The position numbers and the translations under genes are program-made. The notes beneath the pieces are model-generated. The model ran no database searches. It saw nothing but the letters and a program-made list of their open reading frames with translations, and had not been told where the DNA came from. From Solirubrobacteraceae bacterium (lineage in GTDB: Bacteria; Actinomycetota; Thermoleophilia; Solirubrobacterales; Solirubrobacteraceae), in NCBI GenBank assembly GCA_036269915.1, contig DATBDM010000131.1, positions 4,749 to 68,748 on the forward strand: DNA of 64,000 nucleotides, given 5' to 3'. Positions 1 to 9,390 of the stretch are shown piece after piece (position 1 is the first letter of the stretch; every line of letters begins with the position of its first letter).

Positions 1-723
1 CTCGCGCCAGCGCACGGGGCGCACGAGCGCCTCGGTCAGCTCGGCGCGAACGTCCTCGAACGGCCGGGTGGTCGCGCAGGAGATCACGGCGAAGCGCGGC
101 TCGCGGACCTCGACCTCGTCGAGCGCGGCGCGGAACGGCTCCATCGCGGGTCGCATCGACGGCGAGTGGAACGCGCCGGCGACGTCGACGGGCAGCGTGC
201 GGCGGCCGAGCTCGCCGGCGGCGGCCTCGGCGCGGGCAAGCGCCTGGCGCGGTCCGGAGAGCACGATCTGACCGGGTGCGTTGTCGTTGGCGACCGTCAC
301 GCCGGACTGCTCGGCGACGGCCGCGGCGTCCTCGGGCGTGCCGCCGATCAGGGCGATCATCGAGCCGTCGGGATCGGCGTCGGCCATCAGGCGGCCGCGC
401 AGGACGACGAGCTCGAGCGCATCCTCGCGGGCGAACACGCCGGCGGCGGTGAGCGCGGCGAGCTCGCCGAGCGAGTGGCCCGTGGCGACGCCCGGCTCGA
501 GGCCGGCGTCCTGGAAGGCGGAGAGCGACGCGCAGAAGATCGCGGGCTGCGCGAAGCGGGTGGATTCGTCGACGCGCGCGAAGGGGTCCTCGCCGACGAG
601 CTCGAGGCAGCGCTCGAGCAGGTCGGGGGCGCGGGTCTCGACGTTCTCGCGCATCCCGGGCACCTGACTGCCCTGCCCGGGGAACAGCGCGGCGGGTCGT
701 GCTGTGTCGATCGCAGGAGTCAC
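1..723 (-). CDS. fabD: malonyl CoA-acyl carrier protein transacylase, 3' end cut by window edge
   Basis: Not in the ORF track because it runs off the window edge. Manual minus-strand translation from GTG 723 gives VTPAIDTARPAALFPGQGSQVPGM...VATGHSLGELAALTAAGVF...VAGAFHSPSM. It carries the FPGQGSQ, GHSLGE and AFHS motifs of FabD. The frame stays open to base 1 (241 codons). Confidence 0.85.
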   Translation of the reverse strand, partial: MTPAIDTARPAALFPGQGSQVPGMRENVETRAPDLLERCLELVGEDPFARVDESTRFAQPAIFCASLSAFQDAGLEPGVATGHSLGELAALTAAGVFAREDALELVVLRGRLMADADPDGSMIALIGGTPEDAAAVAEQSGVTVANDNAPGQIVLSGPRQALARAEAAAGELGRRTLPVDVAGAFHSPSMRPAMEPFRAALDEVEVREPRFAVISCATTRPFEDVRAELTEALVRPVRWRE

Positions 724-775
724 TACGCCTACCTAAACCCAGGCGTGAGCTGCGTCACACCATCCACCACCCCGC

Positions 776-793
776 ACCCCCCGGCCGGGGGGT
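776..793. terminator. perfect 18-bp GC palindrome ACCCCCCGGCCGGGGGGT between the response-regulator stop and the fabD start
   Basis: Self-complementary sequence read directly, 55 nt downstream of the minus-strand regulator stop. No U-tract follows, so a terminator function is only inferred. Confidence 0.3.
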
Positions 794-847
794 CGGCGCT
801 CATCTGGCCCTTCGGTGAGCTCCGGGAACTGGCCGCGGGATCGGGCG

Positions 848-1477
848 CTACGAGATGAGCCCGAGCCGCTGGGCCTTCTGCACCGCTTCGGCGCGGTTTC
901 GGACCTGCAGCTTGCGATACAGCGAGGAGGTGTGCTCCTTGACCGTGTGCGGCGAGAGATACAGCCGGCCGGCGATCTCGCGGTTGGTCGCGCCGGAGCC
1001 GATCGCCTCCAGCACCTCGCGCTCGCGGTCGGTCAGCAGCGGCGCCTGCGGGCCCTCGTGCGCGCGGAACACGGTCTGGCCGAGTCCCACGCGGCGCACC
1101 GCGGCGGCGATCTCCGCGGCCGGCCAGTCCTTGGAGATGAAGCCGGCCGCGCCGGCCGCGCGAGCGGCGTTCGGCGAGATCCGGCCCGCGCCCGAGATCA
1201 GCAGCACGTTGGTGATCGGCGACAGCGAGCGCAGCCGCTCGCAGATCTCCGCACCGGACTCCTGACCGACGAACAGGTCGACCAGGGCGACGTGCGGCTC
1301 GTAGCGCGTGGCGAGCGCGACGGCCTCGCGCGCGTTGCGCGCGCTCAGGCAGCGCTCGACCCACGGCTGCTCGCCCAGCATCAGCCGGAAGCCCCAGTGC
1401 ACCACCTCGTGGTCGTCGACGATCAGCACCCGGAGGCGGCGCTCCGGGACGCCGCTGGCCAGCCGCGACGGGTTCAC
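848..1477 (-). CDS. NarL/LuxR-family two-component response regulator
   Basis: ORF 848..1582 trimmed to GTG 1477, just after the kinase stop. Receiver domain 'RVLIVDDHEVV...HVALVDL' plus LuxR HTH 'LTDREREVLEAIGSGATNREIAGRLYLSPHTVKEHTSSLYRKLQV'. Confidence 0.9.
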   Translation of the reverse strand: MNPSRLASGVPERRLRVLIVDDHEVVHWGFRLMLGEQPWVERCLSARNAREAVALATRYEPHVALVDLFVGQESGAEICERLRSLSPITNVLLISGAGRISPNAARAAGAAGFISKDWPAAEIAAAVRRVGLGQTVFRAHEGPQAPLLTDREREVLEAIGSGATNREIAGRLYLSPHTVKEHTSSLYRKLQVRNRAEAVQKAQRLGLIS

Positions 1478-1478
1478 G

Positions 1479-2597
1479 TCAGCGAGGTTCAACCGGCACC
1501 GCCAGCCGCACGCGCCAGAGCCCGGGCTCGCGCTCGCCGAACTCCACGATCCCGCCGATCTGCAGCGCCTCGAGCGCGGCAAGGCGGAGTCCCATCCCCG
1601 AGCGCCCGGGCCGCCCGCTCACGCCGTCGTTGGCCACCTCGAGGGTCAGCGTCCCGTCCGTCTCGCGCAGCGTCACCTCGACCCGACTGGGCCGCGCGTG
1701 CTTGTGCGCGTTGCGGACCGCCTCGGCGAGCACGGACTGCAGCAGTGGCTCGAGTTCGGTCGGCACGGTGACGTCCCGCGAGCCGTCGGCGAGCGAGAGG
1801 CCGAGGTCGGGGTGCATGCGACGCAGGCGGCCGACCTCGTCCAGGAGCGTCGTCTGCGTCTCGGGCGCCGAGCGCCCCAGCGGGCGCTGCAGCGCGGCGC
1901 GCAGGTCGCCGAGCGCCGCCTGCAGCTCGGCGGCGATGCGCTCGCGCGCCTCGGTGTTGAGCTCGGCGCCTGAGGCGAGCGCGAGCTGCACGCCGAAGAG
2001 CCGCTGGATCACGCCCTCGTGCACGTCGCGCGCGAGGTCGATGCGCTCCTGCAGCCGGCGCGAGTTCATCTGCTGGTTGGCCGCCAACCGTGCGCGCGTG
2101 GCCAGCGCCGCGGTCTTGCCCAGCGCCCAAAGCAGGTGGCGCTCGGCCGGCGTCAGCGGCTTCCGGCCCGGCCCGCGATCGGAGATGATCACGCCCATCC
2201 AGCGGCCCGCGGCGGCGACCGGCACGCAGACCATCGTCGCCTCGCGCAGCAGGCCGCGGTACTCCTCGGGCACGTCGGGGACCATGTCGTCGAGCAGCTC
2301 GATGACGCGGTCCTCGGCCAGCGCCTGGCGCGCGATCGGCGCGGACTCGACGGTCACGTGGGCATCGGCGAAGACCTCGAGCGGGATCCCCCATGCGCCG
2401 GCCGCGCGCACGCGCCGGCGCGCGTCGTCGTAGCGGAAGATCACCGCCCGGTCCATGTTCGCCAGGCGGCAGGTCGCCTCGCACAGCCGCGAGTAGAACG
2501 CGTCCGACGCGTCGTCCTCCACCTCGGCCAGCACCTCGACGAAAGTCTCGAGCGCTTCGAAGGGGACGGCGGGTGCGGCGTGGGTGGAACCGTTCAT
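1479..2597 (-). CDS. sensor histidine kinase (GAF-like N-terminus, HisKA_3, HATPase_c)
   Basis: H-box 'RDVHEGVIQRLFGVQLAL'. ATPase motifs 'LAEAVRNAHKHA', 'VANDGVSG', 'GMGLRLAALEA'. Start taken at ATG 2597; the ORF is open to 2648, but that start would overlap the divergent gene. Confidence 0.85.
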   Translation of the reverse strand: MNGSTHAAPAVPFEALETFVEVLAEVEDDASDAFYSRLCEATCRLANMDRAVIFRYDDARRRVRAAGAWGIPLEVFADAHVTVESAPIARQALAEDRVIELLDDMVPDVPEEYRGLLREATMVCVPVAAAGRWMGVIISDRGPGRKPLTPAERHLLWALGKTAALATRARLAANQQMNSRRLQERIDLARDVHEGVIQRLFGVQLALASGAELNTEARERIAAELQAALGDLRAALQRPLGRSAPETQTTLLDEVGRLRRMHPDLGLSLADGSRDVTVPTELEPLLQSVLAEAVRNAHKHARPSRVEVTLRETDGTLTLEVANDGVSGRPGRSGMGLRLAALEALQIGGIVEFGEREPGLWRVRLAVPVEPR

Positions 2598-2630
2598 GGT
2601 TGCGCCCCACATCATCGTGCATCTGGAAGG

Positions 2631-3023
2631 ATGGCGAGCGTGGGGCACGACTACGAGGCGCGAGCGCGCGCAGTGTGGGACGCATACACGCGCGGGGATG
2701 TCGACCGACTGGGTGCACTGCTCGACGAGGAGGTCGTCTGGCGGCCGCTCGGCGGCGAGGTGCTGCGCGGCCCGGCCGAGGTGACCGCGTACCTACGGCG
2801 CAACGAGGACGTGATCTCCGCGGTCCCGCACGCGTTCGAGCGAGCGGGCGACTGCGTGATGGTCCATGGCAGCCTGCGACGGTTCCGCGACGGCGGCTTC
2901 ATCGACGTGCAGCCCTCGTGGGTCTTCCGCTGCCGCGACGGGCGGCTCGTCTCCGCCACGAGCTACGAGTCGCGCGCCGCCGCGCGGTCCGCGATCGGGG
3001 ACGGCCGGCGCCGAACCGACTGA
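2631..3023 (+). CDS. SnoaL/NTF2-like small protein
   Basis: 130 aa from ATG 2631 inside ORF 2019..3023. 'AVWDAYTRGDVDRLGALLDEEVVWRPLGGE...VMVHGSLRRFRDGGFIDVQPSWVFRCRDGRLV' fits the SnoaL-like alpha+beta barrel pattern. Confidence 0.55.
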   Translation: MASVGHDYEARARAVWDAYTRGDVDRLGALLDEEVVWRPLGGEVLRGPAEVTAYLRRNEDVISAVPHAFERAGDCVMVHGSLRRFRDGGFIDVQPSWVFRCRDGRLVSATSYESRAAARSAIGDGRRRTD

Positions 3024-3049
3024 AATCGGCGGCCATAGAATCGGTGGCG

Positions 3050-4465
3050 ATGGCAGATGAGCTCCTCCGATCGGTCGCCGCGGAGACCGTCGGGGTCGTC
3101 GGCGACGCGTTCCTGCAGCGCCTCGTCCGCGCGGTCGGCGAATCGTTCGGGGCAGACGCCTGCTGGATCGCCGAGCTCGAGCACCAACACCGTGTCGCGA
3201 GCTGGCCGCCCGCCGCGGACGAGCCGCCGCTCGACGGCGTGCTCGCGGTCGACTGCCCTGGCGCCGACGGCCACCCCGTGGCGCGGCTCGCGATCGCCGG
3301 TGGGCGCTCGCGGCCCGCGCATGACGAGCTCGCGGCCCTGCGGGTCTTCGCGACCCGCGTCGGCGCCGAGCTGGAGCGCCGCACCCAGGAGAGCCGCCTG
3401 CGCGAGCGCGAGCACGAGATCGTGGTGTCCCGCGCGCGCGTGCTCCAAGCCGCCGACGAGGAGCGCCGGCGCATCGGGCGCAACCTCCACGACGGCGCGC
3501 AGCAACGGCTCGTCGCCCTCAGCCAGTTCCTCGGTGTCGCGAGCCGCAAGCTCGACCGGGGCGAGCCCGAGGAGGCCGCGCGGCTGATCGGGCTCGCGCG
3601 CGAGCAGGTCGACGAGGCGGGCGCCGAGCTGCGCGGCCTCGCGCGCGGCCTGCATCCGGTCGCGCTCGAGAAGGGCCTCGCGGTCGCGCTGGACACGCTG
3701 GCGATGCAGTCGACGCTGCCGCTCGAGGTCGCCGCGCTGCCCGATCGCCGGCTGCCCGACGTGATCGAGGCGACGATCTACTACGTCGTCGCGGAGGCGA
3801 TGTCCAACGCCGCCAAGCATGCGCAGGCGAGCCGCGTGCGGGTCGCGGTCGCGCTCGCCTCCGGGTTCATCGAGGCCGTGGTCGACGACGACGGCGTCGG
3901 CGGCGCCGACCCGGAGCACGGCTCGGGCCTGCTCGGGCTCGACGGGCGCCTGGACGCGCTCGGCGGCACGCTCGCGCTCCACAGTCCGCCCGGCGGCGGG
4001 ACGACGCTGTCGCTGCGCATCCCCGTCACCCCGTGGCGCACCCCGGAGGAGCCGTTCCTCGAGTTCGGCCACGGCGACGACGGGGGCCAGGGCGCACAGC
4101 GCATCGCGCGGCTGCTCGACGGCCGCCTGCGCGCCGGCCTCTCGCTCGCGCGCGAATGGGATCTCGAGGGCGGCCTCCCGCGCCCCGGCACGCTGCTGCC
4201 GGTCCGCGACCACAACGGCGTCCGGCACGCCACGGTGCGGGTCACGCGCGTCACGGTGCTCGCCTTCTCCGAGGTCGACGCCGAGATGGCCGGCGCGGCG
4301 ATGGGCGAGCCGATGACCGCGGCGCAGTGGCGCGACGACCGGCGGCGCTTCTTCCATCGCGTCCGCGACGAGGTGGCGGTGCTGCTCGGCGAGCCCGACT
4401 GGAAGCTGACCGACGACGAGCCGATCGCCTGCCTCTGGTTCGCGCTGGTCGACGAGTCCGGCTGA
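3050..4465 (+). CDS. histidine kinase (GAF-like, HisKA_3, HATPase_c) fused to a C-terminal ASCH-like domain
   Basis: 471 aa from ATG 3050 inside ORF 2393..4465. H-box 'EERRRIGRNLHDGAQQRLVAL'. ATPase 'YYVVAEAMSNAAKHA', 'VDDDGVGG', 'GSGLLGLDGRLDALGGTLALHSPPGGGTTLSLRIP'. The C-terminal ~135 aa 'LLDGRLRAGLSLAREWDLEGGLPRPGTLLPVRDHNGVRHATVRVTRVTVLAFSEVDAEMA...WRDDRRRFFH...DDEPIACLWFALV' resemble stand-alone actinobacterial ASCH proteins. Confidence 0.75.
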   Translation: MADELLRSVAAETVGVVGDAFLQRLVRAVGESFGADACWIAELEHQHRVASWPPAADEPPLDGVLAVDCPGADGHPVARLAIAGGRSRPAHDELAALRVFATRVGAELERRTQESRLREREHEIVVSRARVLQAADEERRRIGRNLHDGAQQRLVALSQFLGVASRKLDRGEPEEAARLIGLAREQVDEAGAELRGLARGLHPVALEKGLAVALDTLAMQSTLPLEVAALPDRRLPDVIEATIYYVVAEAMSNAAKHAQASRVRVAVALASGFIEAVVDDDGVGGADPEHGSGLLGLDGRLDALGGTLALHSPPGGGTTLSLRIPVTPWRTPEEPFLEFGHGDDGGQGAQRIARLLDGRLRAGLSLAREWDLEGGLPRPGTLLPVRDHNGVRHATVRVTRVTVLAFSEVDAEMAGAAMGEPMTAAQWRDDRRRFFHRVRDEVAVLLGEPDWKLTDDEPIACLWFALVDESG

Positions 4466-4468
4466 GCG

Positions 4469-5941
4469 CTACGGGAGCGGCCACTCGTGCACGGGCACGT
4501 TCTCGTGCATGTGCTCGCGGTAGCGGACGGTCATCTCGCGCAGCGCCGCGTCGCGGTCGAGGTGCTCGTAGAGGCGGTGGAACGCGGCGGCCTGCCAGCT
4601 CGCGCCGTTCTGCTGGGTCACGCAGCGGCGCTCGATGATCTCGAGCAGACGCTCCCGCTCGCGCGTCGCCATGCCGAAGCGCTCGAGCCCCGCGTGGGCG
4701 AGCGGCAGCAGCCGCCGCAGCACCAGCTCGACCGCCGGCGCCTCCCCCACCCCCGGCCAGTACACGCTCGCGTCGATGCCGTCGCGCGCGCCGCGGTGGA
4801 AGTTCTCCTCGGCCGCCGAGAACGACATCCGCGACCACACAGGGCGCTCCTCGTCGACGAACGAGCGCACGAGCCCGTAGTAGAAGGCGGCGTTGGCGAC
4901 GATGTCGACCACGGTCGGCCCGGCGGGCAGCACGCGGTTCTCGACGCGCAGGTGCGGGCGCCCGCGCACGTTGTCGTACACCGGCCGGTTCCAGCGGTAG
5001 ATCGTCCCGTTGTGCAAGCGCAGCTCGGCGAGCTCGGGGATGTCGCCGCGCTCGTAGGCCGCGACCGGGTCCTCCTCCTCGCACAGCGGCAGCAGCGCCG
5101 GGAAGTAGCGGACGTTCTCCTCGAAGAGGTCGAAGATCGAGGTGATCCAGCGCTCGCCGAACCACACGCGCGGGCGCACACCCTGCGCCTTGAGCTCCTC
5201 CGGCCGCGTGTCGGTCGCCTGCTCGAACAAGGCGATGCGCGTCTCGCGCCACAGCTCGCGGCCGAAGAAGAACGGCGAGTTGGCGCCGACCGCGAGCTGG
5301 ATGCCCGCCACGCACTGGGCCGCGTTCCAGTGGCTCGCGAAGGCGTTCGGGTGGATCTGCTGGTGCAGCTGCACGCTCGTGCACGCGGCCTCGGGGGCGA
5401 TCGAGTCGGCGTAGGTGTTGAGCCGCTCGACGCCGGCGATCGCGATGTGCAGGTCCTCCCCGCGCGCGGCGAAGATCTGCTGGTTGAGCAGCTGGTAGCG
5501 GGGGTTGGCCGAGAACGCGTCGGAGCTGAGGTGCTCCTCGCGCAGGGTCGGCAGCACCCCGATCATCACCATGTGCGCGCCGACGGTGCGCGCCCGCTCC
5601 TCGGCGTGGTTGAGGTCGCGCCGCACGTCCTCCTCGAGCTCGGACGCGATCGACTGGCTGAGCAGCCGCGGCGGGATGTTGATCTCGATGTTGAACCGGC
5701 CGAGCTCGGTCTGGAAGTCCTCGTCGGCGATCGCCTCGAGCGCCACGGCGTTCGTCATCGCGGGCTCGCCCGCGTCGTCGGTGAGGTTCAGCTCGATCTC
5801 GAGCCCGATCGAGCGGTGCTCGGCGTCGAAGCGCGCCTCCGAGAGCATGCGCGCGAAGATGTCCAGGCAGCGCTTGACCTTCTCGCGATAGCGCTGCCGG
5901 TCCTCGCGGGAGAACTCCTGTGCGACGACGTCTTCGCCCAT
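4469..5941 (-). CDS. glutamate-cysteine ligase family 2 (GCS2) / carboxylate-amine ligase
   Basis: 490 aa from ATG 5941 inside ORF 4469..6301. 'IGLEIELNL', 'FNIEINIPP', 'TSVQLHQQI', '[12 protein letters not shown]', 'WNRPVYD', '[13 protein letters not shown]' match the GCS2 family pattern. Confidence 0.8.
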   Translation of the reverse strand: MGEDVVAQEFSREDRQRYREKVKRCLDIFARMLSEARFDAEHRSIGLEIELNLTDDAGEPAMTNAVALEAIADEDFQTELGRFNIEINIPPRLLSQSIASELEEDVRRDLNHAEERARTVGAHMVMIGVLPTLREEHLSSDAFSANPRYQLLNQQIFAARGEDLHIAIAGVERLNTYADSIAPEAACTSVQLHQQIHPNAFASHWNAAQCVAGIQLAVGANSPFFFGRELWRETRIALFEQATDTRPEELKAQGVRPRVWFGERWITSIFDLFEENVRYFPALLPLCEEEDPVAAYERGDIPELAELRLHNGTIYRWNRPVYDNVRGRPHLRVENRVLPAGPTVVDIVANAAFYYGLVRSFVDEERPVWSRMSFSAAEENFHRGARDGIDASVYWPGVGEAPAVELVLRRLLPLAHAGLERFGMATRERERLLEIIERRCVTQQNGASWQAAAFHRLYEHLDRDAALREMTVRYREHMHENVPVHEWPLP

Positions 5942-5986
5942 GTGGAAGGTGATGTTCCCACGCCTGTCACGGGTTACTCTCCGGCC

Positions 5987-7624
5987 ATGCCGTCCTATGC
6001 CCATGGCGCCTGGGATGAGGCGCTGCTCGGCCGCACCATCGGCGCCGACCTCGAGCGCACGACGCAGCGCTTCGGCGAGCGGGAGGCGCTGGTCTCCTGC
6101 GAGCAGGGGATCCGGATGACCTACGCCGAGCTGGACGCGGCGGTCGACCGGCTCGCGCGCGGCCTGCTGGCCACGGGGATCGAGCGCGGCGACCGCGTCG
6201 GGATCTGGGCGCCCAACTGCGCGGAATGGGTCCTCGTGCAGTACGCGACGGCCAAGGTGGGCGCGATCCTCGTCAACGTCAACCCGGCCTACCGGACCCA
6301 CGAGCTCGCGTACGTGCTCGACCAGTCGGGCACGAAGCTGCTCGTCTCCGCGCCGGCGTTCAAGACGAGCGACTACCGCGCGATGGTCGAGGAGGTGCGC
6401 GGCGACTGCGCCGAGCTCGAGCGCGTGGTGTTCCTCGACTCGCCCGACTGGGACGCGCTGCTCGCGGCGGGCGACGACGTCGCGCCCGAGGCGCTGCGCG
6501 AGCGCGGGGCCACGCTGTCCTTCGACGACGCGATCAACCTGCAGTACACGAGCGGCACCACCGGCTTCCCCAAGGGCGCGACGCTGTCACACCACAACAT
6601 CCTCAACAACGGCTTCTTCGTCGGCGAGCTGATCGCCTACTCCGAGCAGGATCGCATCTGCATCCCCGTGCCCTTCTACCACTGCTTCGGCATGGTCATG
6701 GGCAACCTCGGGGCGACGAGCCACGGCGCGTGCATGGTCATCCCCGCGCCCGGCTTCGACCCTGACGCGACGCTGCGCGCGGTGGCCGAGGAGCGCTGCA
6801 CCTCGCTCTACGGCGTGCCGACGATGTTCATCGCCATGCTCGGCTGCGAGACGTTCGGGACCGTCGAGCTCGACTCGCTGCGCACGGGGATCATGGCCGG
6901 CTCGCCGTGCCCGGTCGAGGTGATGAAGCGGGTCATCGACGAGATGCACATGCGCGAGGTGAGCATCTGCTACGGCATGACCGAGACCTCGCCGGTGTCG
7001 ACGCAGACACGCCGCGACGACTCGCTCGAGCGCCGCGTCGGGTCGGTCGGGCGGGTCGGCCCGCACGTCGAGGTCAAGATCGTCGACCCGGAGTCGGGGC
7101 TCGTGCAGCCCCACGGCGAGCCGGGCGAGCTGTGCACCCGCGGCTACTCGGTGATGCTCGGATATTGGCGCGAGGAATCCAAGACGCGCGAGGCGATCGA
7201 CGCCGCGGGCTGGATGCACACCGGCGACCTGGCGACGATGGACGCCGACGGTTACTGCAACATCGTCGGGCGCATCAAGGATCTGGTGATCCGCGGCGGC
7301 GAGAACGTCTACCCGCGCGAGGTCGAGGAGTTCCTCTACGGCCATCCGGAGATCGAGGACGTGCAGGTGATCGGCGTCCCCGACGAGCGCTACGGCGAGG
7401 AGCTGTGCGCGTGCGTGCGGCTGCGTGCCGGCGCCGAGCTCGACGCCGAGGCGGTGCGCGAGTTCTGCACGGGCCGCCTCGCCCACTACAAGGTGCCGCG
7501 CTACGTGCTCGTCGTCGACGAGTTCCCGATGACGGTCACCGGCAAGGTGCAGAAGTACCTCATGCGCGAGGAGAGCGTCCGCCGCCTCGGGCTCGAGACG
7601 GCGGACGCGGTGAGAACCGCCTAG
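5987..7624 (+). CDS. AMP-dependent acyl-CoA synthetase/ligase
   Basis: 545 aa from ATG 5987 inside ORF 4487..7624. AMP-binding motifs '[18 protein letters not shown]', 'YGMTETSP', '[16 protein letters not shown]', '[18 protein letters not shown]', 'GKVQK'. Confidence 0.9.
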   Translation: MPSYAHGAWDEALLGRTIGADLERTTQRFGEREALVSCEQGIRMTYAELDAAVDRLARGLLATGIERGDRVGIWAPNCAEWVLVQYATAKVGAILVNVNPAYRTHELAYVLDQSGTKLLVSAPAFKTSDYRAMVEEVRGDCAELERVVFLDSPDWDALLAAGDDVAPEALRERGATLSFDDAINLQYTSGTTGFPKGATLSHHNILNNGFFVGELIAYSEQDRICIPVPFYHCFGMVMGNLGATSHGACMVIPAPGFDPDATLRAVAEERCTSLYGVPTMFIAMLGCETFGTVELDSLRTGIMAGSPCPVEVMKRVIDEMHMREVSICYGMTETSPVSTQTRRDDSLERRVGSVGRVGPHVEVKIVDPESGLVQPHGEPGELCTRGYSVMLGYWREESKTREAIDAAGWMHTGDLATMDADGYCNIVGRIKDLVIRGGENVYPREVEEFLYGHPEIEDVQVIGVPDERYGEELCACVRLRAGAELDAEAVREFCTGRLAHYKVPRYVLVVDEFPMTVTGKVQKYLMREESVRRLGLETADAVRTA

Positions 7625-8998
7625 CTACGCGTCGAGCGCGTGGGCGGCGCGGAACATGCCCTCCGGGTCGTACGCGGCGCGGACCGAGCGCAGCCGCTCG
7701 ATCGTCGTCGGATCGAACGCGTGTGTCGCCGCGCCGGGGTGCTCGGAGAAGTTCAGGTACGAGCGGGTCGCCGCGTCCGCGGCCAGCGCGCCCTTCATCG
7801 CCCCGAGCGCGCCGCCGATCGCGGCGGCCAGGTCGGCGTTCATCGGGATGCCGACGCCGAAGGCGACGAACGACCCGTCGAGCGTCGCCAGGGCGCCGTG
7901 GTTCTCCGGCGCCACGGCGAGCGCGCCGCCGAGGTGGCGGATCTCCATCGACAGCAGTGGCGAGCCGGGGCCGACGGCGTCCATCAGCGCGTCGATCGTG
8001 GCCGGCTGCAGGTCGCTCAGCAGCTGGCCGCCGGTGATGCCCGGGACCGGGTGCTCGGGGTCCATGTGCAGGCGCACGAGGGCGGCCGGCGCGACCGGGG
8101 CGACGGTGTCCATCTGCGGCGTGAGCGCGCGCAGCGGGGCGAGCAGGCGCTCGGCCTCCTCGGGGGTGCCGAGCAGCGTCGCCTCGACGACCGCGAACGA
8201 GTTGCCGCGCATCGGCTCGGGGATGTCCGGCAGCGGCGGGAACTGGAGCAGCCGCACGCAGGACGTCAGCTCCTCCGGCACGGTGCGGACCCATTCGCGC
8301 CACGCGTGGAACACCTCGCGGGTCTGCCCGGCGTCGAAGAACAGCGCGCCCGAGACGAGCTCCGGGACGGCGTAGAGCTGCATCTCCATCGCGACGACCG
8401 CGGCCGGCGAGGCGCCGCCGCCGCGCAGCGACCAGAACAGCTCGGCGTGGTGCTCGGCGTCGGCGCGGATCAGGTCGCCCTCGGCGGTGACGAGCTCGAT
8501 CGCGGTGACGCTGTTGGCGGCGAGGCCGCGCTTGCGCGCCATCCAGCCGATGCCGCCGCCGAGCGAGTAGCCGACGACGCCGACGTCCGGCGAGGAGCCG
8601 GCGAGGGGCATCAGGCCGACCTGGGAGGCGGGCTGCACGACGTCGTCCCAGACGTCGCCGGCCAGGACGCGGGCGCGGCGGTGGTCGACGTCGATGTCGA
8701 CGCCGCGCATCTCGTGGGTGCGGACGAGGATGCTGCCGGCGAGCGAGTCGATCGCGCCGGCGTTGTGGCCGGTGCCCTGCATCGCGATGCGCAGCCCGTT
8801 GCCGGACGCGTAGGCGACGATCGCCTGGACGTCCTCGATCGAGTGCGGGATGGCGACGAGCGCGGGATGCTGCTCGATGGCGAGGTTCCAGGCGGCGCGG
8901 GCGGCGTCCCAGCCCTCGTCGCCGGGGGCGACGATGTGGCCGGCGACGACGTCGCGGAGCAGGCTGGGATCGGGGAGCGTGCGCTCGGGGCTGAGCAT
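7625..8998 (-). CDS. FAD-binding (PCMH/FAD_binding_4 type) oxidoreductase
   Basis: 457 aa from ATG 8998 inside ORF 7625..9238. 'PALVAIPHSIEDVQAIVAYASGNGLRIAMQGTGHNAG', 'GSSPDVGVVGYSLGGGIGW', 'NADLFW-like ELFWSLRGGG', C-terminal 'ERLRSVRAAYDPEGMFR' (BBE-like tail). Confidence 0.85.
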   Translation of the reverse strand: MLSPERTLPDPSLLRDVVAGHIVAPGDEGWDAARAAWNLAIEQHPALVAIPHSIEDVQAIVAYASGNGLRIAMQGTGHNAGAIDSLAGSILVRTHEMRGVDIDVDHRRARVLAGDVWDDVVQPASQVGLMPLAGSSPDVGVVGYSLGGGIGWMARKRGLAANSVTAIELVTAEGDLIRADAEHHAELFWSLRGGGASPAAVVAMEMQLYAVPELVSGALFFDAGQTREVFHAWREWVRTVPEELTSCVRLLQFPPLPDIPEPMRGNSFAVVEATLLGTPEEAERLLAPLRALTPQMDTVAPVAPAALVRLHMDPEHPVPGITGGQLLSDLQPATIDALMDAVGPGSPLLSMEIRHLGGALAVAPENHGALATLDGSFVAFGVGIPMNADLAAAIGGALGAMKGALAADAATRSYLNFSEHPGAATHAFDPTTIERLRSVRAAYDPEGMFRAAHALDA

Positions 8999-9220
8999 GT
9001 GCGGAGGACCTCTCGGGGCGGGGAGTTCGGGGTTGACGCGATACTCCCGGCCCGCCGGGGCCCCCGCATCGGAGGTGTCCCTAGTGCTGCGGGTGGATAA
9101 CCGGCCGGTGGCTGGTGCGACCAGCCGCCCTGGCGGCTGCCGCTGTCGCCGCCGGTCGCCCCGGCGAACGTCAACCCCGGCATCGAGGGAGCGGGCCCGG
9201 TCGCCGTGGGTGGATCGATG

Positions 9221-9253
9221 GCGCGTTGACGGCCGCATACGCCGTCAACGCGC
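9221..9253. repeat. perfect 12-bp-stem hairpin GCGCGTTGACGG / CCGTCAACGCGC
   Basis: Arms 9221-9232 and 9242-9253 are exact reverse complements, with a 9-nt loop. Confidence 0.8.
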
Positions 9254-9255
9254 CA

Positions 9256-9300
9256 CGCGTGTCGCGTTGACCACCGGGTGGGTGGTCAACGCGACACGCG
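9256..9300. repeat. perfect 20-bp-stem hairpin CGCGTGTCGCGTTGACCACC / GGTGGTCAACGCGACACGCG
   Basis: Arms 9256-9275 and 9281-9300 are exact reverse complements, with the 5-nt loop GGGTG. Confidence 0.85.
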
Positions 9301-9390
9301 ACCGGCCCGACGGCGCGGACCCTCCCTCGATGCGAGCCGTTGACGTGCGCATCCCGCTGGCGCCGGCACGTGGCGAAACGTGCGCCGCGT

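Noticed and set aside
166-858. Plus-strand ORFs 68..271, 166..858 and 281..667 at the window start.
   Set aside because: They are antisense to a frame that translates into an unmistakable FabD (FPGQGSQ, GHSLGE, AFHS). Their own products are Ala/Gly/Arg low-complexity sequences.
9093-9101. DnaA-box-like 9-mer (GTGGATAAC, reverse complement GTTATCCAC) in the repeat-rich gap, which could hint at an origin.
   Set aside because: It is a single box with one mismatch to TTATCCACA. There is no cluster of boxes, no AT-rich unwinding element, and no dnaA/dnaN/gyrB context.
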